DNA of 64,000 nt from an uncultured delta proteobacterium (lineage in GTDB: Bacteria; Myxococcota_A; Polyangia; Polyangiales; Polyangiaceae): contig CAWAIF010000002.1 of the NCBI GenBank assembly GCA_963782055.1, positions 352,001 through 416,000 of the forward strand, in the 5' to 3' direction. Of this stretch, positions 10,059-20,530 are shown piece after piece (positions within the stretch are counted from its first letter, which is position 1; each line of letters starts with the position of its first letter). The position numbers and the translations under genes are program-made. Below the pieces are notes generated by a model. It was given only the letters and a program-made list of their open reading frames with translations, had not been told where the DNA came from and ran no database searches.

Positions 10059-10745
10059 ATGCGGATCCTATTGGTGGACGACAACATCGAGCTCGGCAAC
10101 CTGCTGCGCGAGTATTTTGCCACGCACGAGGCCGACCTCGAGGACGTGACCAACGGCGGGGACGCACTCACGCGGCTGGCCTCGGAGAGCTTCGACGCCG
10201 TGCTGCTGGACGTGATGCTCCCCGGCGACGATGGCTTCCAGGTGTGCCGGTCCATCCGCCGCGTCAGCGATGTCCCCATCGTCATGCTCACCGCGCGCGG
10301 CGACGACACCAATCGCATCGTGGGCCTGGACCTCGGCGCCGACGACTACCTCCCCAAGCCCTTCAACCCTCGCGAGCTGCTCTCCCGCGTGCGCGCCGTG
10401 CTGCGCCGCGCGCGCCCCGCCGCCGTGAAGGACGGCGGCCGCCTGCAGGTCGGCAATCTCGCCGTCGACGTGCCCGGGCAGCGCGTCAGCGTGGGCGGCG
10501 CGCCCGTCCACCTGACCTCCTTCGAGTTCCGCCTGCTCGTCGAGCTCGCGCGCCGCGCCGGGGAGACGATCGGGCGCGAAGATCTCGCGAGGCTGCTCCG
10601 CGGCGGCCAGTACAATCCCACCGTGGACCGCTCGCTCGACGTGCACGTCAGCCACCTGCGCAGCAAGCTCGGCGACGACGCCCGCGACCCGAAGCGCATC
10701 CGTACGGTGCGTGGCGTCGGCTACGTGCTCTTGAGGCCGTCGTGA
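10059..10745 (+). CDS. OmpR/CpxR-family response regulator
   Basis: ILLVDD, LLDVMLPG.DG, MLTARGD, GADDYLPKPF, winged-helix DRSLDVHVSHLRSKL...IRTVRGVGY. Confidence 0.95.
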   Translation: MRILLVDDNIELGNLLREYFATHEADLEDVTNGGDALTRLASESFDAVLLDVMLPGDDGFQVCRSIRRVSDVPIVMLTARGDDTNRIVGLDLGADDYLPKPFNPRELLSRVRAVLRRARPAAVKDGGRLQVGNLAVDVPGQRVSVGGAPVHLTSFEFRLLVELARRAGETIGREDLARLLRGGQYNPTVDRSLDVHVSHLRSKLGDDARDPKRIRTVRGVGYVLLRPS

Positions 10746-12028
10746 GCGGCGCGCCCGGGCCGGGTGCGCTCCGCCTCCAGACGCGGATCTTCCTGTGGTT
10801 CCTCGCCGCCATCCTCGCCGGGGCGATGGGCAGCATCGCCGCGTCGCTCCTGCGCACCGATCCCTCGGCGGGCCCCGCGCAGGTGATGGCGCGCACCATC
10901 GGCGCTCACCTCGCCGCGCGCTGGGACGACCCGCGCGCGACCGACGCCTACGTCGCCGAGATGCACTCCCTCACCGGCATCGACTTCCACCTGTACCGCG
11001 GCAAAGCCCACCTGCCGCACGTGGTGGGGCGCACGGTCCGGCGCGGCGCCGCGCTGGGCATCGCGCCCGGCGAGGGCGCGTTCATCCCCGTCGTGCGCGA
11101 CGGTCACGTGGTGGGTGCCGTCTCCTTCCCGCTCCCCGCACACCACCGCAACCGGCAGCTCGCCTTCCTCGTCGCTGCCTTGCTGGTGCTGGTCGTCGCC
11201 GCGCGGCGCGTCTCCGCCCGCGTCGTGCGCCCGCTCGAGCAGGTCGCCCACGCGGCCGCGCGCTTCGGCGGCGGGGACCTCGCCGCCCGCACCGAGGTGG
11301 ACCGGCGCGCCAGCCCGGAGGTCGTGGAGGTGGCGGGCGCCTTCGACGCCATGGCCGGTCGCGTCGAGCGGCTCATCAAGGATCAGCGCGAGCTGCTCGC
11401 CGCCGTCAGCCACGAGCTGCGCAGCCCGCTCGGGCGCGCCCGCGTGGCCCTCGAGCTGGCACGCGATCAGGCGCCGGAGGCGTCCGCGCTCGATCGGGTC
11501 GAGCGCCACCTCGGGGAGGTCAACGGCATCCTCGGTGATCTGCTGGCCGTGACCCGCGCCGGCCTCTCCGACCTGCGCAAGGAGCCGCTGGCGCTCACGA
11601 CGTGGCTGCGCGAGCGCTTTCCCACCGTGGAAGGCGTGGAGGTCGAGGTGCAGGGCGAGGAGGTCGAGGTGCAGGCGGATGCCTCCATGCTCGCGCGCGC
11701 CGTGCAGAACGTCCTGGAGAACGCCGTGCACCACGGCCACCCGGCGACGGAGGTGCTGCGCGTGCACGTGACGAAGAAGGACGGCGCCGCCCACGTCGTG
11801 GTGAGCGATCGCGGTCCGGGCTTCCCGGAGGAGCTCCTGCCGCGCGCCTTCGACCCCTTCGTCCGCGGGGACCCGGCGCGCACCACCACCGATGCGTCGA
11901 CCGGGCTCGGCCTCTCCATCGTGCGGCGCATCGCCGAGGCGCACGGGGGCTCGGCCTCCGCGCGCAACACGCGCGGGCCCGACGGCGAGGTCTGCGGCGC
12001 TGAAATCACCCTCGTCCTGCCGACGTAG
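10742..12028 (+). CDS. HAMP-domain sensor histidine kinase
   Basis: GTGA overlap with the regulator; two TMs; VSHELRSPL H-box; N box NVLENA; DRGPG; FDPFVRG; GLGLSIV. Confidence 0.93.
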   Translation: MSGAPGPGALRLQTRIFLWFLAAILAGAMGSIAASLLRTDPSAGPAQVMARTIGAHLAARWDDPRATDAYVAEMHSLTGIDFHLYRGKAHLPHVVGRTVRRGAALGIAPGEGAFIPVVRDGHVVGAVSFPLPAHHRNRQLAFLVAALLVLVVAARRVSARVVRPLEQVAHAAARFGGGDLAARTEVDRRASPEVVEVAGAFDAMAGRVERLIKDQRELLAAVSHELRSPLGRARVALELARDQAPEASALDRVERHLGEVNGILGDLLAVTRAGLSDLRKEPLALTTWLRERFPTVEGVEVEVQGEEVEVQADASMLARAVQNVLENAVHHGHPATEVLRVHVTKKDGAAHVVVSDRGPGFPEELLPRAFDPFVRGDPARTTTDASTGLGLSIVRRIAEAHGGSASARNTRGPDGEVCGAEITLVLPT

Positions 12029-12045
12029 GATCGTATCCTTCCTGC

Positions 12046-12672
12046 GTGCGGACCTTCCTGCGGATCCTCAAGTGGGTGGTGGCGGTGCTCGCCGTCGTCG
12101 GGGGGATCGTCTACGCGCTCTTCGACCCGTGGCGGGTCCCGAGCGACGACCCGCAGTTCGGCGTCTCCATCGAGCCCACCGTGAGCTCCGGCGATCTGGT
12201 CCTGGTCTCCCGCTTCTCCGGCGCGAGCGAGGGCGCGCTGGTCCGCTGCCCCGACCCCGACGCCCCCGGCCGCTGGGTCGTCGGGCGCGTCATGGCGACG
12301 GGCGGCGACACCATCCACATCGCCGGCGGCTCCGTGCAGGTCAACGGCAAGTCCCCCGACTCGCCCTACGGGTGCGACGGCATCACCGTCACCAACCCCG
12401 CGACCGAGGAGCAGGTCGACCTTGCCTGCAGCACTGAGGAGGTCGGGGGAATCGCCCACCCCGCCGTTCGCGCCACCGCCTCGCAGGACCGGGAGGTGAC
12501 CGCGCAGGTGGAGGACGGCAAGGTCTACCTGGTCAGCGACGACCGCTCCCTGCACCTCGATTCGAGGGATTTTGGCGCCATTTCCCCGGCCGGATGCCAC
12601 CGCATCGCCTACCGTCTCGTCGGCGCCGCCGGGTGGGGGGATGCCAAGAGAAGGCTGACCTTCGTCTGGTGA
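12046..12672 (+). CDS. S26 signal peptidase I-like protein, catalytic Lys apparently replaced
   Basis: SIEPTVSSGDLVLV (box B), VVGRVMATGGD (box D with G at the usual K), SDDR...DSRDFG (box E). Confidence 0.8.
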   Translation: MRTFLRILKWVVAVLAVVGGIVYALFDPWRVPSDDPQFGVSIEPTVSSGDLVLVSRFSGASEGALVRCPDPDAPGRWVVGRVMATGGDTIHIAGGSVQVNGKSPDSPYGCDGITVTNPATEEQVDLACSTEEVGGIAHPAVRATASQDREVTAQVEDGKVYLVSDDRSLHLDSRDFGAISPAGCHRIAYRLVGAAGWGDAKRRLTFVW

Positions 12673-12693
12673 GGCCCGTTCGCCGGGCTTTTT
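12673..12693 (+). terminator. Possible weak intrinsic terminator
   Basis: GGCCCG-ttcgc-CGGGCT stem followed by a T run, immediately after the stop codon. Confidence 0.4.
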
Positions 12694-12769
12694 GGTAGTC
12701 TCCCCGCTCGAGACCACCTCTCTACCGAGGACCCGCCCAGCCGCGGGCCGACGCCCCGAAGGGCAATGG

Positions 12770-13882
12770 ATGGACATCGAGATTGGCATCGTCTGCGGAC
12801 GCTGCGACACCTACAGCCCGATTCGCACGCCGGTCTGCCCTGCGTGCGGCAACGACCTCGCGCTCTGGAGGGACCAGGCGTCGCTGCGTTCGCGTGCCGC
12901 GGTCACCCCGCCATCGGCCGAGAAGATGTTCGAGGAGAAGCTTCAACCCCGGCGCCACACCCCCGCCGGCGTCCCCCCGGTCCGCATGACGGACCACCCG
13001 GAGAACCCTTTTGCGTCCCGCGATGCCCCTCCGGTATCGTCGGCGGCCCCGAGCGCTGCCGCGCCGTCCGCCGGGGGCGCACTTTCACTGGAGGAGCTCA
13101 TGGATCAGGCCAAGAACTTCGTTTGCCGTTCGTGCTCGACACCCGTGCCGATGGGCCACAAGTTCTGCGGCCGCTGCGGCGCCGCCGTCCCGCCGGAGAT
13201 CCTGAACGCCCGCACGCAGTTCTTCGGCCAGCTCCAGGTCCCCGGCAAGGCCAAGCTGATCCTCATCCGCGGCGAGGGCGTCGAGGGACTGAGCTACCAG
13301 CTCAACGCCGAGCAGCACATCGTCGGGCGCAACGGCCAGCTCGTCTTCCCCGATGACCCCTTCGTCTCGCCGAAGCACGCCAACCTCTTCTACCGCAACG
13401 GCAAGCTGGTCGTGCGCGACGAGGGCTCCCTCAACGGCGTCTTCATCCGCGTGCGCGGCACCGTCGACATCGAGCCGGGCGATCACTTCCTGGCCGGCGA
13501 GCAGCTGTTCCGCGTCGACTCGCCGCCCACGGGCACCGACGGCCCCGGCCCCGATGGCACCTACTTCTACTCCTCCCCCAAGCACCAGTTCCTCTTCCGC
13601 GTGACGCAGATCCTCCAGGGCGGCGTCGAGGGCATGAGCGTGCTCGCGCGCGGGAACGCGCTGCAGATCGGCCGCGAGGGCGGCGACCTCAACTTCCCGA
13701 CCGATCTCTACATGAGCGCCTCGCACTGCAAGATCGAGGAGGCCGCCGGCAAGCTGGCGCTCACCGATCTGAACAGCCGCAACGGGACCTACCTGCGCAT
13801 CCGCGCCGAGCGCGAGCTCGCCCACGGCGACTACCTCTTCATCGGCCGCAAGCTGCTCCGCGTGGAGATCACCGCCGCCTGA
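12770..13882 (+). CDS. Zinc-ribbon plus tandem FHA domain protein
   Basis: Two CxxC...CxxCG ribbons; FHA motifs VGR...SPKHA...SLNGVF and IGR...SASHC...SRNGTY. Confidence 0.9.
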   Translation: MDIEIGIVCGRCDTYSPIRTPVCPACGNDLALWRDQASLRSRAAVTPPSAEKMFEEKLQPRRHTPAGVPPVRMTDHPENPFASRDAPPVSSAAPSAAAPSAGGALSLEELMDQAKNFVCRSCSTPVPMGHKFCGRCGAAVPPEILNARTQFFGQLQVPGKAKLILIRGEGVEGLSYQLNAEQHIVGRNGQLVFPDDPFVSPKHANLFYRNGKLVVRDEGSLNGVFIRVRGTVDIEPGDHFLAGEQLFRVDSPPTGTDGPGPDGTYFYSSPKHQFLFRVTQILQGGVEGMSVLARGNALQIGREGGDLNFPTDLYMSASHCKIEEAAGKLALTDLNSRNGTYLRIRAERELAHGDYLFIGRKLLRVEITAA

Positions 13883-14492
13883 CCTTGCCCGGCCCCCCGC
13901 CGAGCGTCGCCCGCGCGATCGCCGCGAGCGTCTTGACGACGCCGGGCGGGATGCGGTCGAGCACCGCCTCCAGATCGAGCGACGCGCCCACGACGGGCAT
14001 CACCGCGTCGAACACCTCGCCGAAGCGCTCGTACTTGCGGCCGAGGGAGGTGACCTTGCGGCGCAGCGCGTCCGCCTTGTCCCCCTTCGCGTCCCCGAGC
14101 AGCGCCAGCGCGCGCCGCGTGAGCGCCTTCTTGTGGTCGATGACGACGCGCACCCGCGCGAGGTACGCGCCGATCACGACGTCGGGGTACTTGCCGCGCA
14201 GCGCGTAGACGTCGTGCCGCGCCCCCGCGCTGCGCTGCCGCTCCACGATCCCGGCGGCGTCGAGCGCGCGCAGGTTGACGAAGACGTTGCTCTTGGAGAC
14301 GCCCAGCTCCGCGCAGAGCGCGTCCATCGACTGCGGCGTGTCGGCCAGGTAGAGCGCCGCCACGACCTGCCCGCCGAGCCGGGTGATCCCCGGAAAGCTC
14401 GCCGACACCTCCGCGCCGACGCCCTCGAGCAGCGCCCGGCGCGCCTCGAGCACTCGCGGGTCCGCGTGCGTCCGGCCGGCCATCGTGGGCAT
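13869..14492 (-). CDS. GbsR/MarR-family transcriptional regulator
   Basis: GQVVAALYLADTPQSMDALCAELGVSKSNV..NLRAL...GIVER HTH; divergent from the DUF255 gene. Confidence 0.85.
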   Translation of the reverse strand: MPTMAGRTHADPRVLEARRALLEGVGAEVSASFPGITRLGGQVVAALYLADTPQSMDALCAELGVSKSNVFVNLRALDAAGIVERQRSAGARHDVYALRGKYPDVVIGAYLARVRVVIDHKKALTRRALALLGDAKGDKADALRRKVTSLGRKYERFGEVFDAVMPVVGASLDLEAVLDRIPPGVVKTLAAIARATLGGGPGKVRRR

Positions 14493-14538
14493 CTAAGCCT
14501 GGGCGCGCTCCGTTGCCAACCGTTAGCCTGGAGGGCCC

Positions 14539-16650
14539 ATGCCCAATCGACTCGCCCGCGAGGCCTCGCCCTACCTGCAGCAGCACGCCGACAACCCGGT
14601 GGACTGGTACGCCTGGGGGCAGGAGGCGCTCTCGCGCGCGGTCCGCGAGGACCGGCCGATCCTGCTGAGCATCGGCTACTCGGCGTGCCACTGGTGCCAC
14701 GTCATGGAGCGCGAGAGCTTCGAGGACGAGGCCATCGCCGCGCTGATGAACGAGCACTACGTCTGCATCAAGGTGGACCGCGAGGAGCGGCCGGACCTCG
14801 ACCAGATCTACCAGCTCGTCGTGCAGATCATGGGGCGCAACGGCGGCTGGCCGCTGACCGTCTTCCTCACGCCCGACCAGAAGCCCTTCTTCGCCGGCAC
14901 CTACTTCCCGCCGGCCGACCGCTACGGCATGCCCGGCTTCCCCAAGGTGCTCGCCGCGGTGGCGGAGGCCTACCGCGAGCGCCACGGCGAGGTCGCCGAG
15001 CAGGCCGGCGAGATCGTGCGGGCCATCGAGACCGTCACGCGCCCGCAGACCGCCGGGGCGGAGATCGGCCCGGAGATGCTCGCCGCCGCCGCCGAGCGCC
15101 TGGGCGCGCGCTTCGACGACGAGCACGGCGGCTTCGGCAGCCGGCCGAAGTTCCCGAGCACGATGGCCCTCGACGTGCTGCTGCGGCGAGGCGCCCTGGA
15201 CGGCGACGCGCGCGCCCTCGCCCGCGTGCGCCACGCCCTCGACGCCATGCGCGCCGGCGGCATCCACGACCAGCTCGGCGGCGGGTTCCACCGCTACTCC
15301 ACCGACGAGCGATGGCTGGTCCCGCACTTCGAGAAGATGCTCTACGACAACGCGCTCCTGCTGCGCCTCTACGTCGACGGCTGGCGTGTCACTGGCGACG
15401 AGCGCTACGAGGACACCGCGCGCGGGATCGTCGCGTACCTCGCCAGGGAGATGACCCACCCCGACGGCGGCTTCTTCGCCACCCAGGACGCCGACAGCGA
15501 GGGCGAGGAGGGGCGCTTCTTCGTGTGGGACGAGGCGGACGTGCGTGGCGCGCTCCCCGGCGACGACGAGGCCGTGCGCGTGGCGCTCGCCCGCTGGGGC
15601 ATCACGAAGGAAGGTAACTTCGAGGACACCGGCAAGACGGTCCTGTCCGCGACGCGCTCGTGCGCCGAGATCGCCACCGACCTCGGCATCACGGAGAGCG
15701 CCGGGCGCGCCGCCGCCGAGCGCGCCCGCGTCGGGATGCTCGCCCACCAGGAGGAGCGCCCCCACCCCTTCCGCGACGAGAAGGTGATGGCGAGCTGGAA
15801 CGGCCTGACCATCAGCGCCCTCGCCGACGCCGCCGGCGCGCTCAACGAGCCCTCGTGGCGCGCGATGGCGGAGCGCGCGTTCGCCCACGTCTGGTCGCGC
15901 CTGGTCGAGGAGAAGGATGGCCAGGCCCGCGCCCGGCGTCACCTGAAGGACGAGACCGTGAAGGGCCCGGGCTTCCTCGACGACCAGGCGTTCCTCGCGT
16001 CGGCGGCGCTGGACCTCTACGAGCTCACCGCCGACGTCGCGTACGTGGCTCGCGCGCGCGCCCTGGCCGACGGCCTGCTTGCGCACTTCGCCGGGGACGA
16101 CGGCGCCCTCTTCTTTGCCGCCGACGACGCCGAGCGCCTCATCGCCCGCACCCAGGACGCCTTCGATCACGCGGTGCCCAGCGCCACCTCCGTCGCCGCC
16201 GCGGTGCTGCTGCGCCTCGGCACCCTGTGCGGAGCCGGCTACACCGAGCGCGGCGAGGCGGTGGCACGACGGCTCGCGGGACCCGCCGCGAGCAACCCCG
16301 CCGGCTTCGCGAGCGCCCTGCTCGTCATCGACCGCCTGGTGCGCGGCGCCAGCGAGGTCGTCCTGGTCGGCACACCCGACGACACGCGCCCACTCGCGCG
16401 CGAAGCCTTCCGGGCCTACCTGCCAGACCGATCGATTGGGCACGTGGATCCTGCGCGATCCAGTTCTCGCGAAGCGGTGCCGGAGATCGCCCAGGACAAG
16501 CCGGTGGATCGCGCACCCACCGCCTACCTGTGCCGTGGAAGGGTCTGCTCCGCCGCCCTCACGACGCCGCAGGCGCTCCGGGAGGCGCTCCAGGAGGGCG
16601 AGTCACCCTCCCGCAACACCCCCGATCCGGCCAAAAACGCCTGGAAATGA
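14539..16650 (+). CDS. Thioredoxin-domain / six-hairpin glycosidase-like protein (YyaL, DUF255)
   Basis: [73 protein letters not shown]. Confidence 0.93.
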   Translation: MPNRLAREASPYLQQHADNPVDWYAWGQEALSRAVREDRPILLSIGYSACHWCHVMERESFEDEAIAALMNEHYVCIKVDREERPDLDQIYQLVVQIMGRNGGWPLTVFLTPDQKPFFAGTYFPPADRYGMPGFPKVLAAVAEAYRERHGEVAEQAGEIVRAIETVTRPQTAGAEIGPEMLAAAAERLGARFDDEHGGFGSRPKFPSTMALDVLLRRGALDGDARALARVRHALDAMRAGGIHDQLGGGFHRYSTDERWLVPHFEKMLYDNALLLRLYVDGWRVTGDERYEDTARGIVAYLAREMTHPDGGFFATQDADSEGEEGRFFVWDEADVRGALPGDDEAVRVALARWGITKEGNFEDTGKTVLSATRSCAEIATDLGITESAGRAAAERARVGMLAHQEERPHPFRDEKVMASWNGLTISALADAAGALNEPSWRAMAERAFAHVWSRLVEEKDGQARARRHLKDETVKGPGFLDDQAFLASAALDLYELTADVAYVARARALADGLLAHFAGDDGALFFAADDAERLIARTQDAFDHAVPSATSVAAAVLLRLGTLCGAGYTERGEAVARRLAGPAASNPAGFASALLVIDRLVRGASEVVLVGTPDDTRPLAREAFRAYLPDRSIGHVDPARSSSREAVPEIAQDKPVDRAPTAYLCRGRVCSAALTTPQALREALQEGESPSRNTPDPAKNAWK

Positions 16651-16859
16651 GCCGTGTCCTACCTTCGGCTTCACCGTCGCCGGATCGAGATGGATCCAGA
16701 GTGGGCACTTCACGATCCACTCCGCAGGGCGATGCGGAGAGCGCCCTCCATTGTCGCACCCCCCGCTTTCTCGGCGTTTTTGCTCCTCACTCCCCACGAG
16801 CCTCTCCACGACGAGGTGGCACGGCTCATGGATAAGGGAAGGTCAATGGGAGGCCGTCG

Positions 16860-17033
16860 ATGAAAACCGGATTCCGTCTGTTTCGCACGAAGCGTGGTGC
16901 GGTGCAGGTTGAATACGCCTTTCTCCTACTTTGGGTGATGGTGCCCACAGCGACGGTTCTCCTGGCGGGCGGTAAGCACATGTACGACCAGTACAAGACC
17001 ATCCGCGCACAGATTCTGCTGTCAACGCCCTGA
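16860..17033 (+). CDS. Flp-type (Tad) pilin-like protein, 57 aa
   Basis: Not in the ORF track. GGAGG RBS; MKTGFRLFRTKRG/AVQVEYAFLLLWVMVP.. has the G/xxxxEY Flp motif and a hydrophobic helix. Confidence 0.8.
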   Translation: MKTGFRLFRTKRGAVQVEYAFLLLWVMVPTATVLLAGGKHMYDQYKTIRAQILLSTP

Positions 17034-17084
17034 AGGCCGAGCAGCGAGAAACCACAACCCCCAAACAACCTGGAGGATACGGAC

Positions 17085-17252
17085 ATGAGCACGAAGAAGT
17101 TCTCGAAGCTGGTGAAGGACAAGCGCGGTGCAACGATGGTCGAGTACGCCATCCTGCTCTTCCTCATCCTCGTCGTCGCGGCCGTCGTCTACAAGAACGT
17201 CGGTACGAAGGTGAAGGACGCCGGTACGTCCGCCGCCAACGCGTTCAACTGA
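17085..17252 (+). CDS. flp: Flp family type IVc pilin, 55 aa
   Basis: Not in the ORF track. GGAGG RBS; MSTKKFSKLVKDKRG/ATMVEYAILLFLILVVAAVVYKNVG.. is a canonical Flp motif. Confidence 0.92.
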   Translation: MSTKKFSKLVKDKRGATMVEYAILLFLILVVAAVVYKNVGTKVKDAGTSAANAFN

Positions 17253-17266
17253 TCCTCAGGTGCCCA

Positions 17267-17298
17267 GGCGCCGCGTCCTCGGTTGGGGGCGCGGCGCC
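17267..17298 (+). terminator. Strong hairpin after the major pilin (terminator or mRNA stabiliser)
   Basis: GGCGCCGCGTCCTC-ggtt-GGGGGCGCGGCGCC, a 14-bp stem with G-U pairs; no U tract. Confidence 0.55.
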
Positions 17299-17341
17299 GG
17301 CGTGAAACAGGGCGACCACCGATCGTGATACAAGTCGGCGT

Positions 17342-17875
17342 ATGACCTATTTTCTCGTTGCGGCTGCCCTCGTGGCAGCCGTCGCGGCCGTCACCGACTG
17401 GAAGACGGGAGAGATCCCGAACTGGCTCACGCTCGGCGCCCTGTTCCTCGCCCCGATCGCCTACGGCGCCGTCGCCGCGGTGCACCACGCACCCGACATC
17501 GGCATGCAGGTGGTCTGGTCTCTGCTGGGCGCCATCGTTTGCGCCATCGTCCCGGGGCTGCTCTACCGGCAGGACGCCATCGGCGGCGGCGACGTGAAGC
17601 TACTGATTGCGCTCGGCGCGATTCTCCAGGCCCGCCTGGGACTCGAAGCCGAGATGTACTCATTTTTCGCGGCGGGTTTGATCGCCCCGGCGCGACTTGC
17701 TTACGAAGGGAAGCTGTTCAGGACCATCAAGAACACGTTGCTCTTGGCCCTGAACCCGCTCCTCCCGAAAAAGAAACGTCGGACCGTCGAACCGACGCTT
17801 CTTACCTGGTTTCGATTCGGACCTGCGATATTCTTAGGAACGGCGTTGGTGGCCTACATCCACTGGAGGCAGTGA
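17342..17875 (+). CDS. cpaA: Prepilin peptidase CpaA/TadV (A24 family)
   Basis: TDWKTGEIPNWLT, IGGGDVKLLIALGA, FGPAIFLG; follows the flp genes. Confidence 0.92.
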   Translation: MTYFLVAAALVAAVAAVTDWKTGEIPNWLTLGALFLAPIAYGAVAAVHHAPDIGMQVVWSLLGAIVCAIVPGLLYRQDAIGGGDVKLLIALGAILQARLGLEAEMYSFFAAGLIAPARLAYEGKLFRTIKNTLLLALNPLLPKKKRRTVEPTLLTWFRFGPAIFLGTALVAYIHWRQ

Positions 17876-17877
17876 GC

Positions 17878-18345
17878 ATGAACAAGCTGAGGAAGCCCGT
17901 GGCGCGAAGCACGAAGGGAGCGGTCCTCGCCGAGTTCATCATCGCCATCATCCCGATCTCCGCGATGTTCCTGTGCGTGTGCCAGATCGCGCGCCTGCAG
18001 ATCGCACGACTCGCCACGATGCACGCGGCTCAAGTGAGCGTGCGTGCGTGTGCGGTCATCGTCGATCCGGACCCCGGTCACGACCAGGGAGTCGACGGCA
18101 AGGACACCGACGTCGTCACCGCCGAGCGCCAGGTGCTCAAGCCGTTCGAGGGGAGCGAGTACGCCGCCGAGGACGCCACCTGCAAGCACTCCGGCGACGT
18201 GAACGGCGGGACGGATACGGTGACCATCAAGGCCACCTACACCTGCACGATCCCGCTCGCGCGGCACATCATCTGCCCGGGCGGGACCCGCAAACTCGAT
18301 GCCCAGGCGCAGTTCCCCCACCAAGGCGCGGAGTACGAGCTATGA
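17878..18345 (+). CDS. TadE-like pseudopilin
   Basis: STKG/AVLAEFIIAIIP..MFL..HAAQVSVR prepilin-like N-terminus. Confidence 0.85.
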   Translation: MNKLRKPVARSTKGAVLAEFIIAIIPISAMFLCVCQIARLQIARLATMHAAQVSVRACAVIVDPDPGHDQGVDGKDTDVVTAERQVLKPFEGSEYAAEDATCKHSGDVNGGTDTVTIKATYTCTIPLARHIICPGGTRKLDAQAQFPHQGAEYEL

Positions 18346-20018
18346 GCGCTGCCGTTGCACCGTCGGTCCTGTCCTTCCTCTTCGCCAAGGAGCGCGATCG
18401 AGCGAAGCGCACCGTGAACGACAACCGCGGCGCCATCATGGTGCTCGGCATCTTCATGGCGTGCGTGATGATCGGCTTCATGTGGATGCTGGTCGGCCTG
18501 GGCGACGCGATGATCTGGCGCGACCGCTCGCAGGAGGCAGCTGACGCGCTCGCCTACACGAGCGCCGCCGCCGACGCGAAGGCGATGAACTTCATCTCCT
18601 TCCTCAACCTCATCATGCTCCTCATCGCCGCCATCTATCTGGCGATGGCGCTCATCTACAACCTGCTCGACTTCACGCTCGTGCTCGTCGGTCGCACCGA
18701 CGACGGTCCCTGGCTGCGTCCGTCCTCCTGCGAGTACCGCGACGGCGTGAAGGACTTCGCGGCGATCGCCCTGGACGAGACGGGTATCGGCGAGGTGCTG
18801 CAGGCGATCGACTTCTGCGAGGTGGCCGATATCGCTCAGCCCCTGCACGACACGGTGGGCAAAGCACTGCGTGCCTACGAGAAGGACGTGATGTGGACCA
18901 TCCTCCCCTTGCTATCGAAGGCGGAGACCTTCGTCGCGATGGCCGGACCCTGGGTGGGCGCTGCGCTCGGGTCGATGGATGCCTACAAGTACACGGACTG
19001 GGGGAAGCATCGCTACGGCCTTCCCATCAGCTCCTCCATGGTTCCGGCGAGTGTCCTCCCCGCACCCGTCAAGAAGTGGTCCGCTGAGGATCGCAAGAAG
19101 CCGTACACCGGGCGCGACGGCCGTCAGGGCCTGCCGGTGGAGCCGAAGGAGATGGGCGAGCTTTGCAAGGTCGCCGCCGACGGCATCCTGGACACGACGC
19201 TGGGCTTCCTGAAGAAGATCCCCGGCATCGGCCTCATCGCCAAGCTCATGTTCGGCGGCATCGCCGACGCGATGGAGAAGGACTACTGCAAGAAGAACGC
19301 GAAGGGCATCTTCGGCAGCTTCGACGGCTGGGTGGCAGGCCTCGGTCATGCCCTCTCGGTGTGGGGCACCATCGCGGGCAAGGGGCCCAACCCGGACCAC
19401 GGCATCTATCACGTGGAGAAGAACGGGAAGTCCATCTGGGAGGACCCGGACGGCGTCGGCGGCCCGCACGAGGTCGTCGAGTACGCCGAGAACGGCAACG
19501 ACTGGATGCAGGTGTGGGGCGGCGTGCTCGGCGCCAACCGTCCGGAGCAGGCGCAGCGGAAGGTCGGCGCGGTCTACGCCCCGGCCCTCAACAGCCAGGC
19601 GCCCAGCGACACGACGGTGCAGGGCTTCCTCGCCAGCCTCACCACGAACTTCTCCTTCTACTTCGCGCAGTCGGAGTTTTATTACGACTGCGACAAGAAG
19701 TGGACGGACGAGGAGTGCAACAAGAACTCGCTCGCCAGCTACAACCTGAAGTGGCGCGCGCGCCTCCGCCGTGTCCACGGCATCTCCTGGGGCAAGGACA
19801 TGCTCGGGTGGTTCTGGAACACCAGCATGGGCGGCGACTTCGACAAGTGGGTCAAGGGCGGCGAGCAGGGTGACGTCAAGACCCTCTCCGAGAGCATCCA
19901 CGGGTTCGAGGGTGAGACGGCCGTCAACGGCGCCTACGACGCCGTCAAGGGCTTCGCCGGCCAGCAGGTCGGCGGCATGATCAACCCCGCCTCGGCGCTG
20001 CCGTCGGTCATCCACTGA
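18342..20018 (+). CDS. TadG-like pilus-associated protein (putative tip adhesin)
   Basis: DNRG/AIMVLGIF..., R...QEAADALAY.SA Tad-domain motif; large Cys-containing extracellular part; ATGA overlap with the upstream gene. Confidence 0.8.
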   Translation: MSAAVAPSVLSFLFAKERDRAKRTVNDNRGAIMVLGIFMACVMIGFMWMLVGLGDAMIWRDRSQEAADALAYTSAAADAKAMNFISFLNLIMLLIAAIYLAMALIYNLLDFTLVLVGRTDDGPWLRPSSCEYRDGVKDFAAIALDETGIGEVLQAIDFCEVADIAQPLHDTVGKALRAYEKDVMWTILPLLSKAETFVAMAGPWVGAALGSMDAYKYTDWGKHRYGLPISSSMVPASVLPAPVKKWSAEDRKKPYTGRDGRQGLPVEPKEMGELCKVAADGILDTTLGFLKKIPGIGLIAKLMFGGIADAMEKDYCKKNAKGIFGSFDGWVAGLGHALSVWGTIAGKGPNPDHGIYHVEKNGKSIWEDPDGVGGPHEVVEYAENGNDWMQVWGGVLGANRPEQAQRKVGAVYAPALNSQAPSDTTVQGFLASLTTNFSFYFAQSEFYYDCDKKWTDEECNKNSLASYNLKWRARLRRVHGISWGKDMLGWFWNTSMGGDFDKWVKGGEQGDVKTLSESIHGFEGETAVNGAYDAVKGFAGQQVGGMINPASALPSVIH

Positions 20019-20026
20019 GGCCCGCC

Positions 20027-20506
20027 ATGAACCCCAAGCACACCAGCAGCAAGTTTCTGGCAGCCCAGCGGAAGAAGGGAGGCGGCGTGGCCCTGGTCGA
20101 GGCCGGCATCCTCGCCCCCATCTTCGCGATGATGATGATGATGACCGTCTACCTCGGCGGCGTGTACCAGAAGAAGTACATCAGCACGATGAAGTCCCGC
20201 GACATGGCGTTCACCAAGGCCGCTGCCGGCTGCACGACCGGCGACTCCCAGCCCGGCTTCGGCGGGAGCGAGCCCAACGTGAGCGGCGGCGCCAACAACC
20301 CGTCCGGCAAGGCGATGGGCAGCGAGTCCGCGGCGACCTCCAACATGTTCTTCGCCACCGGCAAGGACACCGAGACGTGGGACTACGAGCCCACCTACAA
20401 GTTCAACGGCGGCGGCCCGAAGAGCGTGACTAGCTTGAGCTACGTCATGTGCAACGAGCCGCAGCGCGGGTACGCGTGGCCCATCAAGCTGGGGTGGAGC
20501 CCCTGA
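20027..20506 (+). CDS. TadE/TadF-like pseudopilin
   Basis: KKGGG/VALVEAGILAPIFAMMMMM prepilin-like motif; C-terminal CNE. Confidence 0.78.
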   Translation: MNPKHTSSKFLAAQRKKGGGVALVEAGILAPIFAMMMMMTVYLGGVYQKKYISTMKSRDMAFTKAAAGCTTGDSQPGFGGSEPNVSGGANNPSGKAMGSESAATSNMFFATGKDTETWDYEPTYKFNGGGPKSVTSLSYVMCNEPQRGYAWPIKLGWSP

Positions 20507-20530
20507 CACTGACAGGAGCGGAGACACACG

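Noticed and set aside
16817..16832. Sigma54 promoter upstream of the pilins (TGGCACGGCTCATGG)
   Set aside because: The -24 element matches well, but the -12 position reads GG instead of the near-invariant GC, so it is too weak to call.
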